From assembly GCF_963921235.1 (NCBI RefSeq), contig NC_086108.1, positions 106,332,001-106,396,000 of the forward strand: 64,000 nucleotides of DNA. The letters run 5' to 3'. Every line of letters starts with the position of its first letter. Position 1 is the first letter of the stretch. Below, one piece after another: positions 26,421 through 38,969 of this stretch. Source of the DNA: Mobula hypostoma (taxonomy: Eukaryota). Both the position numbers and the translations under genes were made by a program. The notes under the pieces are model-generated. The model made no database searches and was not told where the DNA came from. It saw nothing but the letters and a program-made list of their open reading frames with translations.

Positions 26421-27540
26421 AAGGCTGTAATGGGCATTGATTGGTGTAGATGAGTTGAGCCAAAGTACCTGTATCTGTATTATACGACTCCTTGAGTCCC
26501 TCAAGATGGCAACATCCATTATTAAGGACTCTTCCCATCTGGGTCATGCCCTCTTTTCTTTACTACAATCAGGGAGGAGGTACAGGAGCCTGTAAACTTG
26601 CACTCAATGATTTAAGAACAATTTCCCGCTTTCCACCATCTGATTTCTGAATGGTCCATAAACCTATGAACACTGCCTTGTTTTTCTTTTATTTTGCACT
26701 CTTCATTTATTTCCTCTGATAGCAATTGTATGTCTTTACAATGTACTGATCCTGTAATCAACAAAGATTTGCAGTTCTCTGTGATGCTGATAATAAACCT
26801 GACTCTGATTCATTGCAAAGTCCTGGAGATTGAGATCAGATCTGAGAGATAGCTTCCGGTGGCAAGTCATGGGAAAGACTGAATGTGAAAAGTCTCTAAG
26901 CAGAGAGAAATTTAAAAAAAAACAAAGTTGTAGAATTGGAAAATGAAACCCTTGGCATATCGAGAGAAAGGTCATGGACTTGTAAACTGGCATGAGACTC
27001 CTTCAACAAGACTGTGGATTAGATGTGACACAGTCTGTGGTTTCACCATGTCGGTGGCATTCAATGGACAGAGGTTAAATTAATCATCCTGAGTAACACT
27101 GCAAGGGTAATTGGTGGTAATCATCAATTATAGGGGACTGTCGTGGAATGAGGAAAAAATGCTCAAAATACATTTAAGATTCAAGATTTTTTGTCATTCT
27201 TCAGTAGACATGTGTAAAGGGGAATGGAATCATTGTTATTCTGGATCCAATGCAGCACAAAAAAAACACACAACAAGCATAAAGAACACAATTAAAAAAC
27301 ACAATAAATATAAAATTGACTCTGAGTGTATGTGATCTGAATGACATTAGACAACAGTTCTTTGCAGCAGAGGTCCTGCCTGTAGAGTCAGCAGTTGTGC
27401 ACATTAGTGTAAATAAATTCTGAAAGCCTGAGGAAAGCTGAGGATCTGGAAAAGGAGGCACAAAGGAAATGTGCAGGTAAGTAAGGTGTGATGACCAATA
27501 GTCATTTAAATCAAGATTCAAGATTCAGCATTGTTTATTG

Positions 27541-27641
27541 TTGCAACACACATCAAAGTTGCTGGTGAACGCAGCAGGCCAGGCAGCATCTCTAGGAAGA
27601 GGTACAGTCGACGTTTCAGGCCGAGACCCTCGTTGTTTGCG
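27541..27641. mobile_element. ~100-bp minimal PLE insertion
   Basis: Inverted PLE arm ending inside the hammerhead motif plus a short direct 3' end; 10-bp TSD ttgtttattg at 27531-27540 and 27642-27651. Confidence 0.7.
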
Positions 27642-27785
27642 TTGTTTATTGCTATTCTTCAGTACATGATTGTAAAGGAGAACAAAATGATAGCTACTCC
27701 AGATCTGATGCAGCATCACAAAACACAATAAATATAAATATAAAAACAACCCTATAAAACACAATGTGCAAGTAAAGTGACAGTG

Positions 27786-29032
27786 CATAGTCATAGTCAT
27801 ACTTTATTGATCCCAGAGGAAAATGGTTTTTGTTACAGTTGCACCATAAATAACAAATAGTAGTAAAACCATAAACAGTTAAATAATAATATGTAAGATT
27901 TAAAATTATGCCAGGAAATAAGTCCAGGACCAACCTATTGGCTCAGGGTGTCTGACCCTCCAAGGGAGGAGTTGTAAAGTTTGATGGCCACAGGCAGGAA
28001 TGACTTCCTATGACTCTCTGTGTTGCATCTCAGTGGAATGAGTCCTGTGCCCCCCCAGTACATTATGTAGTGGATGGGAGACATTGTCCAAGATGGCATG
28101 CAACTTGGACAGCATCCTCTTTTCAGACACCACCGTCAGAGAGTCCGGTTCCATCCCCACAACATCACTGGCCTTACGAATGAGTTTGTTGATCCTGTTG
28201 GTGTCTGCTACCCTCAGCCTGCTGCTCCAGCACACAACAGCAAACATGATAGCACTGGCCACCACAGACTCGTAGAACACCCTCAGCATCGTCCGGCAGA
28301 TGTTAAAGGACCTCAGTCTCCTCAGGAAATAGAGACAGCTCTGACTCTTCTTGTACACAGCCTCAGTGTTCTTTGACCAGCCCAGTTTATTGTCAATTCG
28401 TATCCCCAGGTATTTGTAATCTTCCACCATGTCCACACTGACCTCTTGGATGGAAACAGGGGTCACCGGTACCTTAGCTCTCCTCAGGTCTACCATCAGC
28501 TCCTTAGTCTTTTTCACATTAAGCTGGAGATAATTATGCTCACATCATGTGATAAAGTTTCCTACCATAGCCCTGTACTCAGCCTCATCTCCCCTGCTGA
28601 TGCATCCAACTATGGCAGAGTCATCAGAAAACTTCTGAAGATGACAAGACTCTGTGCAGTAGTTGAAGTCCGAGGTGTAAATGGTGAAGAGAAAGGGAGA
28701 CAAGACAGTCCCCTGTGGAGCCCCAGTGCTGCTGATCACTCTGTCGGACACACAGTGTTGCAAGCACACGTACTGTGGTCTGCCAGTCAGGTTATCAAGA
28801 ATCCATGACACCAGGAAAGCATCTATCTGCATCGCTGTCAGCTTCTCCCCCAGCAGAGCAGGGCGGATGGTGTTGAACACACTGGAGAAGTCAAAAAACA
28901 TGACCCTCCCAGTGCTGGCTGGCTTGTCCAGGTGGGTGTAGACACGGTTCAGCAGGTAGACGATGGCAGCCTCAACTCCTAGTTGGGGCTGGTAGGCGAA
29001 CTGGAGGGGATCTAAGTGTGGCCTGACCATAA
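27786..29032 (-). mobile_element. Rex1/Babar LINE, RT and 3' end
   Basis: 'LDPLQFAYQP', 'FFDFSSVFNTI', 'GAPQGTVLSPFLF', 'KFSDDSAIVG', 'YKYLGIRIDNKL'; (ATGACT)n tail. Confidence 0.92.
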
Positions 29033-29719
29033 GGGATAAAGGATACTGAGGGGCTGATGCGGATGCAGTGTTGGTGGAGTGGGTTTAGTGGGTGGAGGTG
29101 TTGATCAGCCTGACGACTTGGGGAAAGAAACTGTTTTTGGGTCTGGTGGTCCTGGTGTGGATGCTATGCAGCATCTTCCCTGACGGGAGTGGGACAAAGA
29201 GCACATGAGCAAGGCGGGTGGGATCCTTTATAATATTGCTGGCCCTTTTCCAGCACCTTTCTTTATATATGTCCTCGATGGTGAATAGGCTGACGAGTCC
29301 TATATCCTAAAATCCGGATTTAATGGCAGTGCCCCTGGGACCTTCCGGTGCATGCAAACAAATTTAGGGCACATAGCTAAGGTTTTGAAAGCATACATGA
29401 TCCTCCATGTTCTTCATAGATGTGCAGTGTACAATAGCGAAGAACTTAGGGAAGCATTGGAAAAGGGGGGGGGGGCTGAACTAGGCCATTCAGCCCTTTG
29501 AGACTGTTCAAAGTCAAAATAAATTTATTATCAAAATGCTACCTTGATGTTCATTTTCTTGCAGGTATTCACAGGAAAATAAATTCAACAGAATTTACAA
29601 AAATATATATATACAGAAACTAAGACTAACAAACAACCAATGAGCAAAAGAAGACAAATTGTGCAAATAAAATAGATAGATAGACAGATGGATAGATGGA
29701 TTGGTAAAAGAAAGCATGA

Positions 29720-30290
29720 CAGAGTCATTAATACCTCAGGAGTGTGTGGAGATTCAGCATGTCATCGAAAACCTTGGCAAATTTCCATAGATGTATGGTG
29801 GAAAGTGTATTGATCGGCTTCACCAATGCCTTTGAGTGAGAAATCCTATGGAAGGTAGTGGATTTGGCCCAGTACATTACGAGTAAAACCTTTCCAACCA
29901 TTGACCACATCTACATGAAACATTGCCATAGAAACTCAGCATCCTTTGTCAAAGATCCTCACCACCCAGGCCATGCTCTTTTCTCGTTGTGGCCAACAGG
30001 TAGAAGGTTACAGGTGCCTCAAGACTTGTACCACCAGGTTCAAGAACAGTTACTATACTTCAACCATCAGGCCCTTGAATAAAAGGGGATAGCTACACTC
30101 GGATAAGAACTCTGTTATATTGTTATTTCGTGCTTGTTTTATTGCCATTTTTTATATCAGCTCTTGCAGTGTTTCTTTATAATTAACAGTTCCTGATATT
30201 TACAGTTTACAGTTACTCTTCTATATATTTACTAAGTATGCCCGCAGAAAAACAAACTGGATGTATGTGGTGACATGTATGCACTCTTTA
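29720..30290 (+). mobile_element. Rex1-like 3' fragment
   Basis: 'KDPHHPGHALFSLWPTGRR'; many other decayed copies of this tail across the window. Confidence 0.75.
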
Positions 30291-30316
30291 TCCTGTTATT
30301 ACAATTCCCTTTATAA

Positions 30317-30627
30317 ATTAAAGGCATCCGTTAGTCTTGCGAGACCATGGATCTGCGCCTGGAAGGTCTTTACTCTCCAGGGCACAGGCCTGGGCAAGGT
30401 TGTATGGAAGACCAGCAGTTGTCTATGCTGCAAGTTTCCCCTCTCCACGACACCGATGTTGTCCAAGGGAGGGGCATTAGGACCCATACAGCTTGGCACC
30501 AGTGTCGTCGCAGAGCAATGTGTGATTAAGTGCCTTGCTCAAGGATACAACACAAGTTGCCTCGGCTGGGGCTCGAACTCACGACCTTCAGTCCAATGCC
30601 TTAACCACTTGTCCACGTGCCCACACC
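30317..30627 (-). mobile_element. tRNA-derived SINE, second copy of 13357-13683
   Basis: High similarity to 13357-13683; 11-bp TSD tccctttataa at 30306-30316 and 30628-30638. Confidence 0.85.
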
Positions 30628-31349
30628 TCCCTTTATAATATGTCAATGTACTTATGTTTTGAAATGATTTGTCTGGATGGCATGCAAAACAGAGATTTTC
30701 ACCATATCTCAGTACATGTGAATAATAACCAATAACCAATTGCAATGAACTTGTCCAGTCACTCAGCATCTCCATATCTCTGAAGTCTCCTTGCATCGTC
30801 CTCACTGTTTAGCATCCTGCCAGTGCCTCGGTAGCATAGCGGTGAGTAGAATGCTGGCGTTCTAAAGTTCAGAGTCTAAATACAGCACCATCTTTAATGT
30901 GTCTGTACATTCTCCTCGTGACCACGTGGATCTTCTCTGGGTGCTGCGTTTTCTACCCACTGTCAAAAGATGTACCAGTTATTAGATTAATTGGTCATTC
31001 TAAATTATCCCCTAATCAGGATAGTGTTAAATAGGTGGGGTCCTCCAAGAGGACCACAAGCTTGTTGTTAGATTTGGAGGCGTGCCTGCCTCATTAACCT
31101 GAAGACGGCTTTGTTGGCTGGAGTCAGGGCTTTATGCTTTGCCTCTTTGGAGGACAACCCATGCCAAATGGATACTGACACAGAGCCATACATTAACACT
31201 TTCATTCCCAAGTTCATTCTCATAAAGATCCGCAGGATCACTCTCATAGTGAAAGAATTACTTTAAAATTACTTAAAAATGTACTCCACGTGGAGACGCA
31301 AGAGACAGCAGATGCTAGAGTCTGGAGGAACAAACAATCTGCTGGAGGA

Positions 31350-33235
31350 ATTCTGTGGGGTAGCAAGAAAAGAGCTTAAGAAGGGGCTGAGGAGAGCAAG
31401 AAGGGGGCATGAGAAGGCCTTGGCGAGTAGGGTAAAGGAAAACCCCAAGGCATTCTTCAATTATGTGAAGAACAAAAAGACGACAGTAGTGAAGGTAGGA
31501 CCGATTAGAGATAAAGGTGGGAAGATGTGCCTGGAGGCCGTGGAAGTGAGCGAGGTCGTCAATGAATACTTCTTTTCGGTATTCACCAATGAGCGGGAAC
31601 TTGATGACAGTGAGAACACTATGAGTGAGGTTGATGTTCTGGAGCATGTTGATATTAAGGGAGAGGAGGTGTTGGAGTTGTTAAAATACATTAGGACGGA
31701 TAAGTCCCCGGGGCCTGACAGGATATTCCCCAGGCTGCTCCACGAGGTGAGGGATGAGATTGTTGAGCCTCTGGCTGGGATCTTTATGTCCTCATTGTCC
31801 ACGGGAATGGTAACATAGGATTGGAGGGAGGCGAATGTTGTCCCCTTGTTCAAAAAACATAGTAGAGATAGTACGGGTAATTATAGACAAGTGAGACTTA
31901 CGTCTGTGGTAGGAAAGCTGTTGGAAAAGCTTCTTAGAGATAAGATCTATGAGCATTTAGAGAATCATGATCTGATCAGGGACAGTCAGCATGGCTTTGT
32001 GAGGGGCAGATCAAGTCTAACAAGCCTGATAGAGTTCTTTGAGGAGGTGACCAGGCATATAGATGAGGGTAGTGCAGTGGATGTGATCTACATGGATTTT
32101 AGTAAGGCATTTGACAAGGTTCCACATGGTAGGCTTATTCAGTAAGTCAGAAGGCATGGGATCCAGGGAAGTTTGGCCAGGTGGGTTCAGAATTGGCTTG
32201 CCTGCAGAAGGCAGAGGGTGGTGGTAGAGGGAATACATTCAGATTGGAGGATTGTGACAAGTGGTGTGCCACAGGGATCTGTTCTGGGACCTCTACTTTT
32301 CATGATTTTTATTAACGACCTGGATGTGGGGGTAGAAGGGTGGGTTGGCAAGTTTGCAGACGACATAAAGGTTGGTGGTGTTGTAGATAGTGTAGAGGAT
32401 TGTTGAAGATTGCAGAGAGACGTTGATAAGATGCAGAAGTGAGCTGAGAAGTGGCAGATGGAGTTCAACCCGGAGAAGTGTGAGGTGGTACACTTTGGAA
32501 GGACAAACTCCAAGGCAGAGTACAAAGTAAATGGCAGTGTGGAGGAGCAGAGGGATCTGGGGGTATATGTCCACAGATCCCTGAAAGTTGCCTCACAGGT
32601 AGATAGGGTAGTTAAGAAAGCTTATGGGGTGTTAGCTTTCATAAGTCGAGGGATAGAGTTTAAGAGTCGTGAGGTAATGATGCAGCTCTATAAAACTCTG
32701 GTTAGGCCACACTTGGAGTACTGTGTCCAGTTCTGGTCACCTCACTATAGGAAAGACGTGGAAGCATGGGAAAGGGTACAGAGGAGATTTACCAGGATGC
32801 TGCCTGGTTTAGAGAGTATGGAATATGATCAAAGATTAAGGGAGCTAGGGCTTTACTCTCTGGAGAGAAGGAGCATGAGAGGAGACATGATAGAGGAATG
32901 CAAGATATTGAGAGGAATAGATAGAGTGGACAGCCAGTGCCTCTTCCCCAGGGCACCATTGCTGAATAGAAGAGGATATGGCTTTAAGGTAAGGGGTGGG
33001 AAGTTCAAGGGGGAAAGTAGAGGAAGGTTTTTTAGTCAGAGAGTGGTTGGTGCGTGGAATGCACTGCCTGAGTCAGTGGTGGAGGCAGATACACTCATGA
33101 AATTTAAGACTACTCAACAGGTGTATGGAGGAATTTAAGGTGAGGGGTTATATGGGAGGCAGGGTTTGAGGGTTGGTGCAACAGTGTGGACCGAATGGCC
33201 TGTACTGTGCTGTACTATTCTATGTTCTATGTTCT
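31350..33235 (+). mobile_element. CR1 LINE ORF2 (linker + RT + 3' end), few stops
   Basis: 'DKSPGPD', 'QHGFVRGRS', '[13 protein letters not shown]', 'KFADDIK'; tail 'ttctatgttctatgttct'; lies between PLE-derived flanks. Confidence 0.95.
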
Positions 33236-34545
33236 AAGGAATAGGGGAAAGCACAATGGGTAGTAGAAGGAGGTGGAACCATGAGGGAGGTGATAGGCAG
33301 ACACAGGAGGAGGCAGTGTGAAACTGGGATGGGGGAAGGGAGGGGGAGGGAATTACCAGAAGTTGGAGAATTCAGTTTTCATGCCAATAGGCTGGAGACT
33401 ACCCAGACGGTATATGAGGTTTTACTCCTCCAACCTGAGTTTGGCCTCATTATGGCAGTAGAGGAGGCTATGTATGTACATATCCAAATGGGAATGTGAA
33501 GCAGAGTTGAAATGAGTGGCAACCAGGAGATCCTGTCTGTTGCGGTGGACCGAAGCGGATGTGCTTGACGAAGCGGTCCCCCAATCAGTGTTGGGTTTCA
33601 CCGCTGTAGAGGAGGCCGCACCGGGAGCACCGGATCCAATAGATGACCCCAACAAACTTACAAGAGAAGTGTTGCCTCATCTGGAAGGACTGTTTTGGGC
33701 CCTGAATGGTGGCAAAAGAGAAGGTGTAGGGACAGGTGTAGCACTTACGCTTGCAGGGATAAGTGCCGGGTGGGAGATCCGTGGTGAGGGGCGTGTGGAC
33801 CAGGGAGACGCGGAGGGAACAATCCCTGCGAAAAGCGGAGAGGGGTAGAGAAGGAAAGGTGTGCTTAGTGGTGGGGTCCTGTTGAAGGTGGCGGAAGTTG
33901 CGGAGGATAACGTGCTGGATCCGGAGGCTGGTGCGGCCTCCTCTACATTGGTGAGACATGACGCAGATTGGGGGACCGCTTCGTCGATCACCTCTGCTCC
34001 GTCCGTCACAACAGACAGGATCTCCTGGTTGCCACCCACTTCAACTCTGCTTCCCATTCCCATTTGGATATGTCCATACATGGCCTCCTCTACTGCCATG
34101 ATGAGGCCAAACTCAGGTTGGAGGAGCAACACCTCATATACCGTCTAGGTAGTCTCCAGCCCCTTGGTATGAACATTGAATTCTCCAACTTCTGGTAATT
34201 CTCTCCCCCTCCCTACCACATCCGAGTTTCAGTCTGCCCCCTCCTCCAGCTGCCTATCACCTCCCTCATGGTTCCGCCTCCTTCTACTACCCATTGTGTT
34301 TTCCCCTATTCCTTCTTCATCTTTCCTGCCTATCCCCTCCCTGCCTCCCCTCCCCCACCCCTTTATCTTTCCCCTTACTGGTTTTTCACCTGGCACCTAC
34401 CAGCCTTCTCCTTCCCACCCTCCCCCACCTTCTTTATAGGGCCTCTGCCCCCTCCCTCTTCAGTCCTGACAAAGGGTCTTGGCCCGAAATGTTGACTGTT
34501 CGTTTCCACGGATGCTGCCCGACCTGCTGAGTTCCTCCTGTGTTT
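33236..34545. mobile_element. Penelope-like element (Neptune-like Cys linker + GIY-YIG) with inverted duplication
   Basis: Minus: 'GTYPCKRKCYTC...VIYWIRCSRCGLLYSGET'; plus: 'DRFVDHL...ATHFN...LEEQHLIYRLGSLQPLGMN'; ~33330-33625 inverted vs ~33930-34215; decayed hammerhead at 34461-34498. Confidence 0.9.
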
Positions 34546-34669
34546 TGTGCATCCTCCTAACTTCTGTTCTAGAAGGACATCCTTGTATTCTGAGGTTGTG
34601 CCATCTCGTCTTAAACTCTGCCCCCTATAGGAAACATCCTCTCTCCGCCCACTCTATCTAGACCTTTAG

Positions 34670-35370
34670 GAAGTTATCACAAACTTTCCAATAAACTCTA
34701 GTATTCTCTTTGCCACTGAGGTGACGTCTGTTTCCACACTTCATTTTGAAGTTCTGTGATTACAATTGCATCCCTCCAAGCTACAGGATGATTTCATAAT
34801 CTGTTTAGTCTTGGAAGATAATGACTGATGCAACTGTAATTTCCATGGCTACTTCATTTGCTGCCCTGGAACACAGAACACCATGCTTTGGGGCTTAATC
34901 AGTATTTAGAGTCAGTATTTCCACCAGCACTGTTTCTTTTTAACTATCTCTAATGTCCTTTAATTCTTCCTTTTTTCATTAGACGCTTAATTCCACAGCA
35001 TTCCTGGGAAGTAATTTACTGTATGTTGTGTTGCATGAAGGCAGAACCAAAGTACTCGTTTAATTGCTCTGTCAGTTCTTTGTTCCTGTTATAAATTCTC
35101 CTGTTTCTGACTGCAGGATGCCCACACTAATCGTTTCCTTTCTACATAATTGTCGAAGCTTTAACACCTTGCAAATCCGCTATTTTTTTTTTGCCTCTCA
35201 TAAGCAATCTCTTGATTTGTTTTAACTAAGTTCCAAATTGTTAACGATCCTCAGGTTTGCTACATTTTGCCGTTGAAGTTTTGTGACACTGATTTGGATC
35301 TAATGCTCTTGTTAACCTGCTTCCTTAGCCGTGATTGGATTGCTTTTCCTCTCGGGTATTAACATCAGAA
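34670..35370 (-). mobile_element. Old, highly diverged CR1 fragment
   Basis: Collinear weak similarity to the CR1 linker/RT at ~37950-38700. Confidence 0.5.
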
Positions 35371-36052
35371 AGGAACAGATAACAATGCACTTCCTGCATT
35401 AAAGTTCAAAGATCAAAGCAAATTTATTATCAAAGTAGGTACATGCAACCACATGCTAGCTAGAGATTCGTTCTCTTGTCGGCATTCACAGTAGAACAAA
35501 GAAATACAACAGAATCAATGAAAATTACACACAAAGGCTGAGAAACAATCAATGTGCAAAAGGAGACAAACTGTGCAAATAGAAAGATAAATAGGTAAGC
35601 AATACTGAGAACGTGAGCTGTAGAGACTATAGTGAGCCCATACGTTGTGGAAATAGCTCAGTGTTGAGGTGAGTGAAGTTATCCACGCTTGCTCAGGAGT
35701 CAAATGTTGAAGGGTGACAACTGTTCTTGAACCTAGAGGTGTGAGACTTAAGGCTCCTGTACCTTGTTGCGGATGTAGTAGTAGGAAGAGAGCATGGCCT
35801 GGACGGTGGGACGGTGGAGGTCCTTGGCGCTGCTTCCCTGTGGCAGGACGCCTCGTAGATGTGCTCAACAGTGGGTGAGCTATTTCTTGTGACGGACGAA
35901 GCTGTCGGAATTTTTTTAAGGAGTTTTACTTTTATGAAGATTCAGGATTTAAAATCAAAATTCAAGAATTTCCAGTACACATATAAAAAAAAGCAAAATA
36001 ATTGTTACTTTGGATACGATGAAGCGGATAAAATAACACACTAAAATAAAGA

Positions 36053-36405
36053 ATCATCATCATCAAGTCATATGACGTAGGTGATCGTAGACCCATGACC
36101 ATGATTGATCTTGGCAATTTCTACAGAAGTGGTTTACCTGTTTCTGCGAAATGTGTTTACAATATGGAAGATCTTAGCCATTATCAATATTTGTCAGAGA
36201 TTGTCTGCCTGGCGTCAGTGGTCACATAACCAGCACTTGTGATATGCACCAGCTGCTCATACGACCATCCACCACCTGCTCCCATGAGCTCACGTGACCG
36301 TGATCGGGGGCTAAGCAGGTGCTACACCTTGCCCAAGGCTGACCTGTAGAATAGTGGAGGGAAGTACTGCCTTACGCCTCCTTTAGTATCTCCACCTCGC
36401 CACCC
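36053..36405 (-). mobile_element. RTE-related non-autonomous retroposon with (TGA)n tail
   Basis: Same family as 21700-21980 and 44800-45135; 'atcatcatcatc' tail at ~36053. Confidence 0.55.
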
Positions 36406-36604
36406 AGAAAATAAAGAATACAACAATAAAAAAGACAATAAATATAATCAGAATCAAGATTATTATCACCAGCATTTGTCATGAAATTTGTAAACTTAGC
36501 AGCAGCAGTACTATGCAATACATGATAATATAGAAAGATAAAAAATAAATAAACAAATAAATCAATTACAGTAAATATATAGGTTAGTGCAAAAGCAGTA
36601 GTGG

Positions 36605-38902
36605 AAACATAGAAACATAGAAAATAGGTGCAGGAGTAGGCCATTCGGCCCTTCGAGCCTGCACTGCCATTCAGTATGATCATGGCTGATCATCCAACTC
36701 AGAACCCTGTACCAGCCTTCCCTCCATACCCGCTGATCCCTTTAGCCACAAGGGCCATATCTAACTCCCTCTTAAATATAGCCAATGAACTGGCCTCAAC
36801 TGTTTCCTGTGGCAGAGAATTCCACAGATTCACCACTCTCTGTGTGAAGAAGTTTTTCCTCATCTCAGTCCTAAAAGGCTTCCCCTTTATCCTCAAACGG
36901 TGACCCCTCGTTCTGGACTTCCCCAACATCGGGAACAATCTTCCTGCATCTAGCCTGTCCAATCCCTTTAGAATTTTATACGTTTCAATCAGATCCCCCC
37001 TCAATCTTCTAAATTCCAACGAGTATAAGCCTAGTTCATCCAGTCTTTCATCATATGAAAGTCCTGCCATCCCAGGAATCAATCTGGTGAACCTTCTTTG
37101 TACTCCCTCTATGGCAAGATGTCTTTCCTCAGATTAGGGGACCAAAACTGCACACAATATTCCAGGTGTGGTCTCACCAAGGCCTTGTACAACTGCAGTA
37201 GTACCTCCCTGCTCTTGCACTCGAATCCTCTTCTTATAAATGCCAGCATACCATTCACCTTTTTCACCACCTGCTGTACCTGCATGCCCACTTTCAATGA
37301 TTGGTGTATAATGACACCCAGGTCTCATTGCACCTCCCCATTTCCTAATCGGCCACCATTCAGATAATAATCTGTTTTCCTGTTTTTGCCACCAAAGTGG
37401 ATAACTTCACATTTATCCACATTAAATTGCATCTGCCATGAATTTGCCCACTCACCTAACCTATCCAAGTCTCCCTGCATCCTCTTAGCATCCTCCTCAC
37501 AGCTAACACTGCCGCCTAGCTTCGTGTCATCTGCAAACTTGGAGATGCTGCATTTAATTCCCTCATCCAAGTCATTAATATATATTGTAAACAACTGGGG
37601 TCCCAGCACTGAGCCTTGCGGTACCCCACTAGTCACTGCCTGCCATTCTGGAAAGGTCCCATTTATTCCCACTCTTTGCTTCCTGTCTGCCAACCAATTC
37701 TCTATCCACATCAATACCTTACCCCCAATACCGTGTGCTTTAAGTTTGCACACTAATCTCCTGTGTGGGACCTTGTCAAAAGCCTTTGAAAATCCAAATA
37801 TACCACATCCACTGGTTCTCCCCTATCTACTCTACTAGTTACATCCTCAAAAAATTCTGAGATTCGTCAGACATGATTTTCCTTTCACAAATCCATGCTG
37901 ACTTTGTCCGATGATTTCACCGCTTTCCAAATGTGCTGTTATCACATCTTTGAAAACTGACTCTAGCAGTTTCCCCACCACCGATGTTAGGCTAACCGGT
38001 CTATAATTCCCTGGTTTCTCTTTCCCTTCTTTTTTAAAAAGTGAAGTTACATTAGCCACCCTCCAATCCTCAGGAACTTGTCCAGAATCTAAAGAGTTTT
38101 GAAAAATTATCACTAATGCATCCACTATTTCTTGGGCTACTTCCTTAAGCACTCTGGGATGCAGACCATCTGGCCCTGGGGATTTATCTGCCTTTAATCC
38201 CTTCAATTTACCTAACACCACTTCCCTACTAACATGTATTTCCCTCATTCCTCCATCTCACTGGACCCTCTGTCCCCTACTATTTCTGGAAGATTATTTA
38301 TGTCCTCCTTAGTGAAGACAGAACCAAAGTAATTATTCAATTGGTCTGCCATGTCCTTGCTCCCCATAATCAATTCACCTGTTTCTGTCTGCAGGGGACC
38401 TACATTTGTCTTAACCAATCTTTTTCTTTTCACATATCTATAAAAGCTTTTACAGTCAGTTTTTATGTTCCCTGCCAGTTTTCTCTCATAATCTTTTTTC
38501 CCCTTCCTAATTAAGCCCTTTGTCCTCCTCTGCTGAACTCTGAATTTCTCCCAGTCCTCAGTTGAGCCACTTTTTCTGGCTAATTTGTATGCTTCTTCTT
38601 TGGAATTGATACTATCCCTAATTACTCTTGTCAGCCACGGGTGCACTACCTTCCTTGATTTATTCTTTTGCCAAACTGGGATGAACAATTGTTGTAGTTC
38701 ATCCATGCGATCTTTAAATGCTTGCCATTGCATATCCACCGTCAATCCTTTAAGTGTCATTTGCCAGTCTATCTTAGCTAATTCACGTCTCATACCTTCA
38801 AAGTTACCCTTCTTTAAGTTCAGAACCTTTGTTTCTGAATTAACTATGTCACTCTCCATCTTAGTAAAGAATTCCACCATATTATGGTCACTCTTCCCCA
38901 AG
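36605..38902 (-). mobile_element. Young 5'-truncated CR1 LINE
   Basis: Long open ORF segments with APE end 'GKSDHN', 'KSPGPDGLHPR', 'KFADDTK'; only a few frameshifts; (tttctatg)n tail. Confidence 0.95.
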
Positions 38903-38969
38903 TAATATACATTTTTTAAAAAGTGAGCTAGTGTTCATGGGTTCAATGTCCATTGACAGGAAATCTTAC

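Noticed and set aside
29464..29475. Poly-G runs (also 41519-41531) as G-quadruplex elements
   Set aside because: Isolated short homopolymers in repeat context; no supporting evidence
30730..30810. Unique-looking exon 'MQGDFRDMEMLSDW'
   Set aside because: Resembles the CR1 RT segment 'MQGDLDRLGEW'; decayed LINE
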